The notes beneath the pieces were generated by a model. That model did no database searches. It was not told the DNA's origin and worked only from the letters and a program-made list of their open reading frames with translations. Shown here piece after piece: positions 47,919 to 57,982 of a DNA stretch of 64,000 nt. The stretch spans positions 2,710,146 through 2,774,145 of the forward strand of contig OZ244226.1 in NCBI GenBank assembly GCA_965217035.1. Direction: 5' to 3'. The translations under genes were made by a program, and so were the position numbers. This DNA comes from Bacteriovoracaceae bacterium. GTDB lineage: Bacteria; Bdellovibrionota; Bacteriovoracia; Bacteriovoracales; Bacteriovoracaceae. Within the stretch, counting starts at the first letter, position 1. Each line of letters starts with the position of its first letter.

Positions 47919-49052
47919 CTTAGAAACAAAATTTTCTTTTTTATTGTTTAAAGAAGATTTCTTCCACCAAGGCTCATTCGAGTAATCATGTGATAGGTTG
48001 ACCATTTGTCCGATTTTAGGAACAACAAGGTTGATATTGTTTTCTTTTGACATTGCAAATAATTTTTCCATTGGTTCATACCAGCTATGCATGGCCAGGA
48101 CAAACATCGCCCAGTGTATTGGAAAGAATTTCTTCGCTTTTAAATCTTTATAGGCTTGAACAGATTGTTCGGGTAGAAGATGAACTTCTTCCCATTTTTT
48201 GTTGTATTGTCCACTTTCAATGAAAGCAACATCAAAGGGACCATATTTTTTTCCAATGTCTTTAAAGTGAGTATCATACCCAGAGTCACCACTAAAGTAA
48301 ATATTATGATTCTTTGACTGGAGAACCCAAGAGGCCCAAAGTGTTTTGCAGCGATCGAAAAGTCCACGACCTGAAAAGTGCTGAGAAGGAGTTGCGATGA
48401 ACTTCACTCCATCAAACTCTGCTGTTTCCCACCAATCCTTTTCAGTAATTTTTTTCTTAGGAACCCCCCATCCTTCAAGATGTTCTCCTACTCCAAGTGG
48501 CGTAATATACTGAACATCTTTGTCTTTAAAGTACTTAATAGAATCCATATCAAGATGATCGTAATGATCATGAGAAATGAGAATATAATCAATCTTTGGG
48601 AGTTCTTCGAGTTTTAGTACTGGAGCTTGAAAGCGAGTGACCGCAAAACTAACAGGGGAGGCTGCATTAGAAAAGACCGGATCAACTAAAACAATTTTTC
48701 CATCCATATTAAGAAGAAAACTTGAATGACCAAACCATATTGTTTTGAGTTCATTACTTGGTTCTAAAAACTTTGCAAGATCAGGTTTGATTTCAGGTAA
48801 AGGTTTTTCAGGGCTTCTGTCTTTTCCACCTTTAAAGAAATCAATAATATCTTTAAAACTCATCCCTCTTTCCCAGAGTTTTTCCATCCTTTCTGGAACT
48901 CGGTTAACAAATCTTTCTTTCTCCTGATTATAGTTTTTTGAAACTTTAAATTTTTCGATCCTCTCTTTTCCTGGGCTGGTCCCCATTGCACTACACCCGA
49001 CCATGATGGCCCCTAAGCCTAAAAAACTTAAAATGATTAATGTGATTTTCAT
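47904..49052 (-). CDS. MBL-fold metallo-hydrolase lipoprotein
   Basis: Lipobox MVGC; SHDHYDHLD, PSQHFSGR, SGDSGY, PIHW. Confidence 0.92.
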   Translation of the reverse strand: MKITLIILSFLGLGAIMVGCSAMGTSPGKERIEKFKVSKNYNQEKERFVNRVPERMEKLWERGMSFKDIIDFFKGGKDRSPEKPLPEIKPDLAKFLEPSNELKTIWFGHSSFLLNMDGKIVLVDPVFSNAASPVSFAVTRFQAPVLKLEELPKIDYILISHDHYDHLDMDSIKYFKDKDVQYITPLGVGEHLEGWGVPKKKITEKDWWETAEFDGVKFIATPSQHFSGRGLFDRCKTLWASWVLQSKNHNIYFSGDSGYDTHFKDIGKKYGPFDVAFIESGQYNKKWEEVHLLPEQSVQAYKDLKAKKFFPIHWAMFVLAMHSWYEPMEKLFAMSKENNINLVVPKIGQMVNLSHDYSNEPWWKKSSLNNKKENFVSKLSAN

Positions 49053-49085
49053 GATTGACCTCTTGTATAAAATCCTGTTCTACGA

Positions 49086-49165
49086 TAAAGTAAACTAGTG
49101 TGTTTACTTTACGGCTAATCCCAGGGGGATTCAAGCAAAAAGTAAACAGAAGTGTGTACTTTTTG
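49086..49165. promoter_or_regulatory. two palindromic TetR operators
   Basis: TAAAGTAAAC-N6-GTTTACTTTA (49086-49111) and CAAAAAGTAAAC-N6-GTGTACTTTTTG (49136-49165). Confidence 0.75.
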
Positions 49166-49194
49166 TGTTTTTATTAATAATTACAGGTATTTAA

Positions 49195-49791
49195 ATGGAT
49201 AGAAAGGAAGTAAAAACAGCCCAAATCCTTGAAGCAGCAACAGAGGAATTCCTTCAAAAGGGAATGGATGCGGCTTCAATGCATAATATTGCCGAAATGG
49301 CCGAGGTTTCTAAGAGAACCTTGTACAAGTACTTCTCTAATAAAGAAGAGCTCTATGATGCTTTAGTTGATGAAATTCTTGATCGTTTTCAAGATGTGTC
49401 TCAAGAAGTTTATAGCTCAAACTCTTCAATTGAAGAGCAAATTAAAAAGCTTGTTACTGCTAAGGTGGAGCTTCTTTTGACTGACTCTTTTATTAAAATT
49501 TCGCGAATTGCGATTGGGGAAATGTTTAAAGGTCGGCAGTTAAAAAAAGATCAATTAGAGCGAATGACTGAGTCTGAAGTTCATTTTGTGAGCTGGATTC
49601 AAAAGGCCCAGAAAGATAGAAAGATAACTTCAGATGTTCAAGCTGAAATGATTGCTATTCAATTCCATTCTGTACTCAAGGGACAGATTTATTGGCCAGT
49701 TCTAATGGGCTTAGAGAAGAAGGAAAACTTAAATCTTAAATTGGTTAAAGAATCGACTGTTGATTTTTTCTTAAAATCATTTTGTCTCTAG
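49195..49791 (+). CDS. TetR/AcrR family regulator
   Basis: ILEAA..F...G....SM..IA..AEVSKRTLYKYF.NKEEL. Confidence 0.95.
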   Translation: MDRKEVKTAQILEAATEEFLQKGMDAASMHNIAEMAEVSKRTLYKYFSNKEELYDALVDEILDRFQDVSQEVYSSNSSIEEQIKKLVTAKVELLLTDSFIKISRIAIGEMFKGRQLKKDQLERMTESEVHFVSWIQKAQKDRKITSDVQAEMIAIQFHSVLKGQIYWPVLMGLEKKENLNLKLVKESTVDFFLKSFCL

Positions 49792-50225
49792 CCTTGATCA
49801 AACTCAGCGTTACCTATTTTTACTAAAATATTGGAGAGTGAATTCAGTTCACTTTTTGAAAGAATCGATTGGAGTTTTTTATTTGTTTTGATCGAACCAT
49901 CTTTTAAATGAGGAAACGTTTTAAGACCTTTATTTGTTAAGTTTATTTCTATAAAGCGTCTATCCTCTTTATCTATTTTTCTTGTGACCAGTCCTTTCTT
50001 TTCAAGCTTATCTATACGACGAGTAATATAGCCTCGATCCATTCTAAGATATTCCGCTATATCACAAGGATTACCACTAATATTATTATAAAGACAACTT
50101 AAAACAGCATATTCATTAGGAGTGAGATCATATTCCTTAAGAAAGATTTCGAAGTATTGGTTTGTCAGTCTTGCAGATCTTGAAAGCCAATAGCCTAAGC
50201 TATCTTTCGCGGTGTATCTCGTCAT
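49788..50225 (-). CDS. MarR family regulator
   Basis: LT..EY.VL, DIA..L.MD, LEKKGLV.R...EDRR...LT.KG. Confidence 0.92.
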   Translation of the reverse strand: MTRYTAKDSLGYWLSRSARLTNQYFEIFLKEYDLTPNEYAVLSCLYNNISGNPCDIAEYLRMDRGYITRRIDKLEKKGLVTRKIDKEDRRFIEINLTNKGLKTFPHLKDGSIKTNKKLQSILSKSELNSLSNILVKIGNAEFDQG

Positions 50226-50243
50226 ATTTAGTTGATATCATCA

Positions 50244-50264
50244 ATAGTTGACACAGTCAACTAT
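50244..50264. promoter_or_regulatory. probable MarR operator
   Basis: Perfect ATAGTTGAC-aca-GTCAACTAT in the divergent promoter. Confidence 0.7.
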
Positions 50265-50292
50265 GCCGGTATCATGAATTAAATTCTTAGAG

Positions 50293-51822
50293 GTGAGTAT
50301 GTCTAAAAAAGCAATCATTGCTGATAATAAACCTATTAAAGCTGAGGTTAAGAAAGGAGAAAATTATTTTTGGTGTGCTTGTGGAAGATCAAGTGGCCAG
50401 CCTTATTGTGATGGGAGCCATCGAGGAACTAGCTTTACTCCAATGAAGTTTACTGCCGATGAAGATACAGATGCCTATCTTTGTATGTGTAAACAAACAA
50501 AAAATCCTCCTTACTGTGATGGAAGTCACAAAAATATTTCCAAAGACGAAGTAAAGAGCTCTTCGAGTTCTTCTGGTCAAGCAACAGTGACTCCAGAGGA
50601 ACCTCATGTTGCTTATATTCATGAACTTGCTAAGAATGGACTTTCCAAAGTAGGGCATCATGGAGAAATGGGAGCGATGGGTGTTCCTGGAAAAGACCTG
50701 CCGAAGTGGGATGATATCCAATTTATTACTGGGCAGATGGCAAAGAAACCTCTCCTCGATGATGCTCCAGTTGCTACCGAACTTATCATTGGAAAAAAAG
50801 CAAAAAAGCCTTTAAGGCTTCGTATCCCTATTTTTGTTTCTGATATGAGTTTTGGCGCTTTATCAGAAGAGTCTAAAATTGCTCTTGCAAAAGGAGCTGA
50901 AGAGGCTGGGACGGGAATTTGTTCAGGAGAGGGTGGAATGCTCCCTGAAGAACAAGAAAGCAATTCACGTTATTTCTATGAACTCGCTTCTGCGAAATTT
51001 GGTTATTCTGAAGATAAGTTAAAGAATGTACAAGCTTTCCATTTTAAAGGAGGGCAAGGAGCTAAGACAGGAACAGGAGGGCATTTACCTGGAAATAAAG
51101 TGAAAGGAAAAATTTCTGAAGTTCGCCAGATAGAAGAAGGGCATGATGCTATTTCTCCATCTACTTTTACAGATCTTCATACGGTTGAAGATTTTAAAAA
51201 GTTTTCTGATAGAGTACGAGAAATTACAGGTGGAATCCCAATTGGATTTAAACTCTCAGCTCAGCATATAGAAGAAGATATTGAGTTTGCGGTTCAGGCG
51301 AGTGCTGACTATATCATTCTTGATGGAAGAGGAGGAGGAACCGGAGCAGCGCCTTTGATATTCAGAAATAATATATCAGTTCCTACAATTCCTGCACTTG
51401 CGCGGGCCAGGCATTATCTCGATAAGAAAGGGTATGATCATGTCTCTCTTATTATCACAGGAGGTCTTCGAACTCCTTCTGATTTTGCTAAAGCATTAGC
51501 ACTTGGAGCAGACGGGATTGCTGTCTCGAACTCTGCGATGCAAGCGATTGGTTGTGTCGGAGCCAGAATGTGTAATACAAATAATTGTCCAGCAGGTATT
51601 GCGACCCAGAAGCCAGAACTACGAAAGAAGATTAATGTTGATGATGCTGCTAAAAAGTTAGCTCGATTCTTTGATGCTTCGACAGAGTTGATGAAGATTT
51701 TGGCAAGGGCCTGTGGTCATGATGATCTCAACAAACTAACTAAGAGCGATCTTACAACTTGGAAGAGAGAGATGAGTGATCTTTCAGGTGTTAAATTCAG
51801 TGGAGTGAGTTCGTTTCAATAA
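50293..51822 (+). CDS. FMN-binding glutamate-synthase-related protein with two CDGSH Fe-S domains
   Basis: Two PYCDGSH motifs; DMSFGALS, GEGG, QGAK.G.GGHLPG.KV, CVGARMCNTNNCPAGIATQ. Confidence 0.92.
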   Translation: MSMSKKAIIADNKPIKAEVKKGENYFWCACGRSSGQPYCDGSHRGTSFTPMKFTADEDTDAYLCMCKQTKNPPYCDGSHKNISKDEVKSSSSSSGQATVTPEEPHVAYIHELAKNGLSKVGHHGEMGAMGVPGKDLPKWDDIQFITGQMAKKPLLDDAPVATELIIGKKAKKPLRLRIPIFVSDMSFGALSEESKIALAKGAEEAGTGICSGEGGMLPEEQESNSRYFYELASAKFGYSEDKLKNVQAFHFKGGQGAKTGTGGHLPGNKVKGKISEVRQIEEGHDAISPSTFTDLHTVEDFKKFSDRVREITGGIPIGFKLSAQHIEEDIEFAVQASADYIILDGRGGGTGAAPLIFRNNISVPTIPALARARHYLDKKGYDHVSLIITGGLRTPSDFAKALALGADGIAVSNSAMQAIGCVGARMCNTNNCPAGIATQKPELRKKINVDDAAKKLARFFDASTELMKILARACGHDDLNKLTKSDLTTWKREMSDLSGVKFSGVSSFQ

Positions 51823-51889
51823 ACTTCATTTTGCAAAAAAAATTACAGGTGATCATATTAGTTTTAACTCTCTTTTGAGGTTGTGTCTT

Positions 51890-52080
51890 TTATTTTTCAT
51901 TCAAAATCTTATAGGCATATTCCTTTCCCCACTTTCTCAAAGAAAGGAGGACGGGTTTAATGTTTTTCCCTGCTCAGTGAGACTGTATTCGACCCGAGGG
52001 GGAACTTCTGGATAAGCTTTCCGATGAACAAGTCCAAAAGCTTGAAGGTCTTTGAGTTGTTTTGTAAGCATTCTTGTGCG
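51890..52080 (-). pseudogene. HxlR family regulator remnant
   Basis: Reverse strand RMLTKQLKDLQAFGLVHRKAYPEVPPRVEYSLTEQGKTL, frameshift, VLLSLRKWG; 5' half missing. Confidence 0.8.
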
Positions 52081-52130
52081 TACTTGTTAAAAATATACTT
52101 TAAAGTACCATAACCGAAAAGAGGAGAATT

Positions 52131-52434
52131 ATGGAATATTATTCGGTTTTGGCCGTGACTCCCAACTTCTGAAGATTGGATTCCTGATTATATTGAACCT
52201 AATAATAAACTGATTGCTCAATATGGAGGGAAGTATCTCGCTCGCATAGCAGTTCATGAACAAATAAAAGGAGAAGAAACTCCCTCAGCCTTGAGAATTA
52301 CTATTGAACGGCCATCGAAACAAGTTGTTGTAGACTTTATGAATGACGAGGAGTGCAAACCTTACTTAGCAGCAAGAACTGCAGGAAGCGAAAGCTTTCA
52401 TCACCTAATTAAAGCAAAGGATGACTTAGCGTGA
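52131..52434 (+). pseudogene. DUF1330 family gene with a frameshift
   Basis: MEYYSVLAVTP / TSEDWIPDY...YGGKYLAR...PYLAARTAGS; one extra C near 52161; GAGGAG RBS. Confidence 0.75.
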
Positions 52435-53201
52435 GAATTTTAATTACTGGAGCCACAGACGGTATTGGACTTGAAACCGCAAAGAAATTTAAAGAACTTG
52501 GACATGAAGTGATTGTTCACGGAAGAAGTCCTGATAAACTTGAAAAAGTTAAGAAAGAGTTAGGAGTCGAGACCTTTAGAGCTGACTTTTCTAATGTCGC
52601 TGAAGTTAATCAATTAGCAGATGAAGTTCTTTCAAATTATTCGGAAATAGATGTCCTTATCAATAATGCTGGAGTTTTTAAAACTTCTAATCCTATGACA
52701 AAAGATGGATTCGACATCCGTTTTGTTGTGAATCTTTTCGCACCTTTTATTTTAACGAAAAAGCTACTTCCTATAATAAAATCTCAAGGAAGAATCATTA
52801 ATCTTTCTTCTGCTGCTCAAGCCTCAGTCGATTTTGATGCTGTTGAAGGGAAGAGAGAACTTAATGATTTTGAAGCTTATGCTCAAAGTAAACTTGGGAT
52901 TACGATGTGGTCTCGTCATTTAGCCAATGAGTTAGGAGAAGGACCCGTTGTCATTGCTGTTAACCCTGGTTCTTTACTTGGAACGAAGATGGTGAAAGAA
53001 GGATTTGGGACAAATGGGAATGATATAAATATTGGAGTCAATATTCTGAAAGCTTTATCTCTTGATGAGAAACATGCCGGAGATTCTGGAAAGTATTATG
53101 ATAATGATAATCAAACTTTCGCTGATCCCCAGGCAGATGGTCTTGATGAAACCAAAACCGAAAAACTTATTGCTTTACTGAATCGTCTCAACAACAACTG
53201 A
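52431..53201 (+). CDS. SDR oxidoreductase
   Basis: TGATDGIG, NNAG, YAQSK. Confidence 0.95.
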   Translation: MRILITGATDGIGLETAKKFKELGHEVIVHGRSPDKLEKVKKELGVETFRADFSNVAEVNQLADEVLSNYSEIDVLINNAGVFKTSNPMTKDGFDIRFVVNLFAPFILTKKLLPIIKSQGRIINLSSAAQASVDFDAVEGKRELNDFEAYAQSKLGITMWSRHLANELGEGPVVIAVNPGSLLGTKMVKEGFGTNGNDINIGVNILKALSLDEKHAGDSGKYYDNDNQTFADPQADGLDETKTEKLIALLNRLNNN

Positions 53202-53807
53202 TTTAGGAAATCTTACCTTAGGAGCTATTGCATACTTATCAGATTCTGCGCGGTATCCAATAGGACAAGCCACTGATGTTGTCAGATTTTTCTCGGCGAG
53301 TCCAAGAACTTCATCATATTTAGGAGCGATAATTCCCTCCATTGGGCAAGCATCGATATTCATCATTGCACAAGTTGTAAGAAGATTTCCAAGAGCAAGA
53401 TAAACTTGGTTTTTCATCCAAACAAGCTTTTTAGCATCATCCATTCTTGAAAGAAAACCTTTCATAACATCTTCATAACCTTTAACTTCTTCATGAGACT
53501 GACCTCTCGTTTCCATGATATCTTTAACAAAAGCATCAACATGAGAGTCATTAAACTCTTTATAGGTACAAAGAACAATATGATGAGAGCAATCAGTGAC
53601 TTGTTTTTGGTTCCAGCTATGGCCAGTTAATGTTTCTTTAATTTCTTGATTTGTAATGACGAGAAATTTCCATGGTTGAAGTCCAAAAGAACTGGCAGAA
53701 AGCCTTAGGCTTTCTGTAATTGTTTCGAGGTCGGCATCAGAAACTTTTTTACTTGGGTCAAATTCTTTAGTTGCGTAACGCCAGTTGAGTGATTCAATGA
53801 TGTTCAT
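53175..53807 (-). CDS. nitroreductase (NfsB-like)
   Basis: WRYATKEFD, SASSFGLQPW, DACPMEG. Confidence 0.93.
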   Translation of the reverse strand: MNIIESLNWRYATKEFDPSKKVSDADLETITESLRLSASSFGLQPWKFLVITNQEIKETLTGHSWNQKQVTDCSHHIVLCTYKEFNDSHVDAFVKDIMETRGQSHEEVKGYEDVMKGFLSRMDDAKKLVWMKNQVYLALGNLLTTCAMMNIDACPMEGIIAPKYDEVLGLAEKNLTTSVACPIGYRAESDKYAIAPKVRFPKSVVVETIQ

Positions 53808-53877
53808 AAAACTTCCTTAATTTAAAATTGATAATTTATCTTAAAGCAAGGTCTGAGGAACTTCAATTACAAGAAAT

Positions 53878-54753
53878 CTATTTAGTAAGGTGAGTAAAAG
53901 TACGAGGGAGTTTCGTTAAATCTTCTTGGCTGCAATAGATCACACCCTTATGGTTCATAAAAGTCGAGTCTTTTCGATTAAGGTCTAATGAATTCAGCTC
54001 AAAATCAGAATTAAAGCCTCCGGCTTCCGACTGGATAACTGAGCTGGCAGCAAAGTCCCAAAGACTTCCTCCACCCAGTGCTTTTTTTGGAAACTTATAA
54101 TAGAGGGCGGGTGCCATCTCAATTGTTGTAATTCCATTCATAACGGCACCTCCTAAATGATGGAGTTTGAGTTCATAACCCATCTCCTTCACTTGTCTGG
54201 TCAGTATTTCTATTTGCTCGTCAAATTTTGGGTGCTTTAAAAAACTTTGATCGAAAAGGAGAGTGAAATCTTTTGAAAAAGAATTAACTCTAAGGGGAGA
54301 ATCATTTTTGAAGGCCCCTTTTCCTTTAATTGCAGAATAGAGCGACTGTGAACGTGGATTATTGACAACACCAATAATGGGCTCTCCTGATTTAGAAATC
54401 AGAGCAATTGAAGTACTATAACCATCTTCATCCCGGCTAAATGCCAATGTCCCATCGAGAGGATCAATACACCAGAAGTAATCTTTTTCAAATCGAGAAG
54501 AATCATCAACACTTTCTTCTGCGAGTATGCCAAGGTCGAACTTTTCTAAGGTTGGATTAAGGTTTTGGAGAATAGTCTCCTGTGATTTTAAATCGATCTC
54601 TGTAACGACACAGGAAGCGAGATTTTCTCCTCCCTCCTTAGAGTGAACTTCCAAAGGTTGTCCTTGCTTTTCAGCGATAATAGTTCCAGCTTTAAGGGCC
54701 GCTTTTTTAGCTATTTCACAAAGCTCTAGGAGTTGTTCATTATTTAAGATCAT
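53878..54753 (-). CDS. inositol monophosphatase/CysQ family
   Basis: AEE, WCIDPLDGT, WDFAA. Confidence 0.92.
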   Translation of the reverse strand: MILNNEQLLELCEIAKKAALKAGTIIAEKQGQPLEVHSKEGGENLASCVVTEIDLKSQETILQNLNPTLEKFDLGILAEESVDDSSRFEKDYFWCIDPLDGTLAFSRDEDGYSTSIALISKSGEPIIGVVNNPRSQSLYSAIKGKGAFKNDSPLRVNSFSKDFTLLFDQSFLKHPKFDEQIEILTRQVKEMGYELKLHHLGGAVMNGITTIEMAPALYYKFPKKALGGGSLWDFAASSVIQSEAGGFNSDFELNSLDLNRKDSTFMNHKGVIYCSQEDLTKLPRTFTHLTK

Positions 54754-55675
54754 TTAATACCTTATTCTTCATGGATTCAGAGTAGAAATTTATCTTCCAA
54801 TGACCTGGTTGCCAACCTTTAAGAAAACGATAAAAGTCACACCAGGCATAAGAATAAAGTTTGCGCCATTCTTTTTTTAACTCAGTAAGATCTTCACTTG
54901 AAGCTTGATCAAGTTGTTGGAAGTAATAATCAAGACATAGCTCTTCTTGATTATTTAATTGGCTTTCATCATAAATGCTACTCAAAAAATAAGCGAGATC
55001 TTTAACTCCAACACCTCCTCCAACATATTGGAAATCAACAGCACTAACTTCATTACCGCTGAAAAGGAAATTTGCGAGCTTGGCATCTCCGTGAATAATT
55101 GTTTTATATTTTGCTGAATTAAGTTTTTGATCAATCAAAGGAGCAGCAAGCTTGAGTTCATTATCATCTATGACCTCAAGTTCTTGAGGCCTTGTTTTAA
55201 GATGCCAGTAAGTTCCGACTTTCCAAAGATCTTCAGGAAAAGTATTGAGGTGATGCGCATGAAAGTGGGCTAACCATTTTAAGCAAAGTGTGACATCTTG
55301 CCATTCGATATTTTTTAGAGGTTTAAACCCTTTTCCTTTAAGATCTTCCAAGAGGAGATATTTTTCACCTTCAATTTCTCCACAGTAAATAAGTTGAGGA
55401 TAATAAGCATGGTCTATAACTTTGTTGTAGTTTTGATACCAGTTAAACTCGACTTCATAAGATCGAATCTTCCTTTGATGAGAAAAGTCAGAACTCCAGC
55501 CGTAGGGATGATCGGTAGAGTTCGGAAATTTAATATGTTTGAGGATAACTGTTCCCGTGTCGAGATAGACTCGATTCAGTTCACCATAGCCACTCCATAA
55601 GCTTTGAATTAATTCCGTTTTTATAATCTTTTTTGATTGTGTGCGAGCAATGATTTCACTTTCAAGTTTTTTCAT
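54740..55675 (-). CDS. APH/choline-kinase-like phosphotransferase
   Basis: IQSLWSGYG, LLLEDL, HGDAKLANF, VDFQY. Confidence 0.88.
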   Translation of the reverse strand: MKKLESEIIARTQSKKIIKTELIQSLWSGYGELNRVYLDTGTVILKHIKFPNSTDHPYGWSSDFSHQRKIRSYEVEFNWYQNYNKVIDHAYYPQLIYCGEIEGEKYLLLEDLKGKGFKPLKNIEWQDVTLCLKWLAHFHAHHLNTFPEDLWKVGTYWHLKTRPQELEVIDDNELKLAAPLIDQKLNSAKYKTIIHGDAKLANFLFSGNEVSAVDFQYVGGGVGVKDLAYFLSSIYDESQLNNQEELCLDYYFQQLDQASSEDLTELKKEWRKLYSYAWCDFYRFLKGWQPGHWKINFYSESMKNKVLNDLK

Positions 55676-56130
55676 TATTGTTTTATGAATTTCTTACGAA
55701 GCTTTTCGATTCTTGCTCGATTCACTTCGAAATCTTTTCTCCCAAGTCGTGAAGCCGAAACAAATTCAATTTTTCCATCGTCTAAAAGTAAAAACTGAAC
55801 GTCATCCACGAAGCGAAAAAACTTAGACTTATATTGAGCGTAAACATAGTCATTTTCCTTAATAATGACTTTCGCTTGAGGATCTTCTTCTATAATTTTA
55901 ACAAGCGAATGAAGATTCTTTTCATTTGTTTCGAAAATATCCATACGGTGGTAAGGAGAAAGAGAAAGACTTGAGACACAGTTTTGTTTTTCCGAATCAC
56001 AGAGTTTTAGAATTTTTTCTTCCATTCCGGGAGGTTGTGTCCCTTCTAGACCGAGAACTCCTGCTGCTGTAATTGTTAAGGTAAGAGTTGCGATAAATCC
56101 AATTACTATTTTCTTTATTTTATCTTTCAT
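55675..56130 (-). CDS. DUF1499 family protein
   Basis: C....NCVSS, F.FVDD, SASRLG..DF.VNRARIE. Confidence 0.88.
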   Translation of the reverse strand: MKDKIKKIVIGFIATLTLTITAAGVLGLEGTQPPGMEEKILKLCDSEKQNCVSSLSLSPYHRMDIFETNEKNLHSLVKIIEEDPQAKVIIKENDYVYAQYKSKFFRFVDDVQFLLLDDGKIEFVSASRLGRKDFEVNRARIEKLRKKFIKQ

Positions 56131-56468
56131 GCTTTTTTCACGACTGAACATTTAAGGTAAACAGAGCCATGTCCTTCTATTTTACAAGAAATATCATGAT
56201 CATTAATAGGATCCTCTAATAAACGGATATTTTTAACCTTAGTTCCTGACTTTAAAGTTTGTTTTCCCATTTTTAGATCTTTTAGAAGTGTTACCGAGTC
56301 TCCATTTTGAAGTTCAATTCCATTAATATCACGAAATAAAATCTCTTCTTCGTTAGGTTCAGCGTCGAGAGACCATTCATGAGCACATTCGGGACAGACC
56401 CAGAGAAGTTGGTCCTTATATCCATAAGGGGAGCCGCATTTAGGACAAGGTTGCGATTCATCGATCAT
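56127..56468 (-). CDS. yjdM: PhnA/YjdM zinc-ribbon protein
   Basis: CPKC...CPECAHEW, GDSVT..KDLK, GTKVKNIRL. Confidence 0.88.
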   Translation of the reverse strand: MIDESQPCPKCGSPYGYKDQLLWVCPECAHEWSLDAEPNEEEILFRDINGIELQNGDSVTLLKDLKMGKQTLKSGTKVKNIRLLEDPINDHDISCKIEGHGSVYLKCSVVKKA

Positions 56469-56633
56469 TATTAAAATATACTGAAGTATTCAGAGATAAA
56501 CAAAGTATTTACTCTTGATGAATATCCGGATTTCATTAGCATTTCTCTATGATAAAAGTTCTAAGAATCGAAACTGATCATCTCATCTTAACTTATCCTA
56601 CAAAAGAACAAATTGATCAGTATTACAGCGATA

Positions 56634-57113
56634 TTATTGACCACAGCATTTTTTAAATTTCTTACCACTCTCGCAGGGACACGGATCATTTCTTCCAACC
56701 TTGGGAGTTTCTCGAACATATGTTTCAACATCAGGACTATACCCGGATTCAAAGAGCCATTTTTCTTTATAGATAAATTTTGAAATTTCATGATGGGCTT
56801 GAGCTCCATCTTTATTTTTATAATGAGCAACAAACTCAACAACTCCTGTCTTGTCACCTTTTTGACCTTTTTCTGTCCCAAGAATTTGAAGTCCTTTCCA
56901 TTCAGATTCCTTGGCCCATTTTGAAGCACCTTCACGATCGAATTCTCCATCTTTAAAAATTTGTGTTTGTTCAAGATAATCCATATCTGCTGTTGCATAA
57001 GCACTATAACGAGAACGCATGAGTTCTTCAGCCGTTGAAGGAAGACTTTCATTAGAGAGAAAAGGTTTACAGCATTCTTCGAAAGTTTTTCCAGATCTAC
57101 AATAGCAATCCAT
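56634..57113 (-). CDS. ychJ: YchJ family SEC-C motif protein
   Basis: C.C.SG...[37 protein letters not shown]. Confidence 0.92.
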   Translation of the reverse strand: MDCYCRSGKTFEECCKPFLSNESLPSTAEELMRSRYSAYATADMDYLEQTQIFKDGEFDREGASKWAKESEWKGLQILGTEKGQKGDKTGVVEFVAHYKNKDGAQAHHEISKFIYKEKWLFESGYSPDVETYVRETPKVGRNDPCPCESGKKFKKCCGQ

Positions 57114-57115
57114 AT

Positions 57116-57448
57116 CTAGGCACTCACAAAAAAGAGGATAGAAAAAATCAAAAAGATAAATGAAGGAATAAATTCAATAACGGGGTTTTTTACTTTTAGA
57201 TGAGTTCCAAATGCCACTAACATCAAGAAAGCAAGAATTCCGCTTCCCATTTGAATTTGAAAAGTCGATTCACTTTGAATCATTAAAACGCTAGATATCT
57301 TAAGAACACCGACCAAATCTCTGATCTTAGAAGAGTAACCATATTTTTCAAACTCTTTGACTATATTGTCGTAGCGTATAAACCATACGAAAAAGACCCC
57401 GGAAAGGGTAATAATTTTTAAGACAGGGAGTAGAGCACCGATGTTCAT
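57116..57448 (-). CDS. DoxX-like membrane protein
   Basis: EFEKYG...R..VG.LK...LM..A...H.KVK.P. Confidence 0.75.
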   Translation of the reverse strand: MNIGALLPVLKIITLSGVFFVWFIRYDNIVKEFEKYGYSSKIRDLVGVLKISSVLMIQSESTFQIQMGSGILAFLMLVAFGTHLKVKNPVIEFIPSFIFLIFSILFFVSA

Positions 57449-57468
57449 TAGGGTTCCTTGATTAAGTA

Positions 57469-57825
57469 TTGTATACTACAATTGTGATACCGTTTTTACT
57501 CTTTATCAATAGTTTAACTTTCCTTATCTATGGGGGATTAGTCCTTTTTACTGGACATATGATTGAAGAGTTTACTCGTTACGGCATGTTGAAATTCCGA
57601 GTTTTAACTGGTTATCTTGAAATATTTGGAGGTTTGGGAGTACTTATTGGTTATTTTTATTCTCCTATGCTTCTTCTATTTTCTTGTTCAGGTTTAAGTC
57701 TCTTAATGGCAATGGGAGTTATGATACGGTTGAGAGTGGGTGACCCTTATATTCAGATTATCCCTGCTTTTATACTTTGTTTTTTGAACGCCTATTTCAT
57801 TTTTTATTTTGGAAAGAAAATATGA
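57469..57825 (+). CDS. DoxX-like membrane protein
   Basis: MIEEFTRYG...R.LTG.LE..GG.G...R.RV.D; start uncertain. Confidence 0.75.
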   Translation: MYTTIVIPFLLFINSLTFLIYGGLVLFTGHMIEEFTRYGMLKFRVLTGYLEIFGGLGVLIGYFYSPMLLLFSCSGLSLLMAMGVMIRLRVGDPYIQIIPAFILCFLNAYFIFYFGKKI

Positions 57826-57982
57826 ACGAAATTAATAAAAAAATTGAAGGATTAGAAGGCTGGCATCGGTCTTATGAAGTTGGGGGGAGATCCCTTATCA
57901 AAAGTTGGAGAGTGGTCCTATATCATCGAACTCACATCTCTTGAAGTCATCCCTTTTTAGAGATGAATGAAGAGTTTTCTAA

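Noticed and set aside
57822..57980. Coding-like intergenic stretch after the DoxX gene
   Set aside because: The frames are short and I could not match them to a family.
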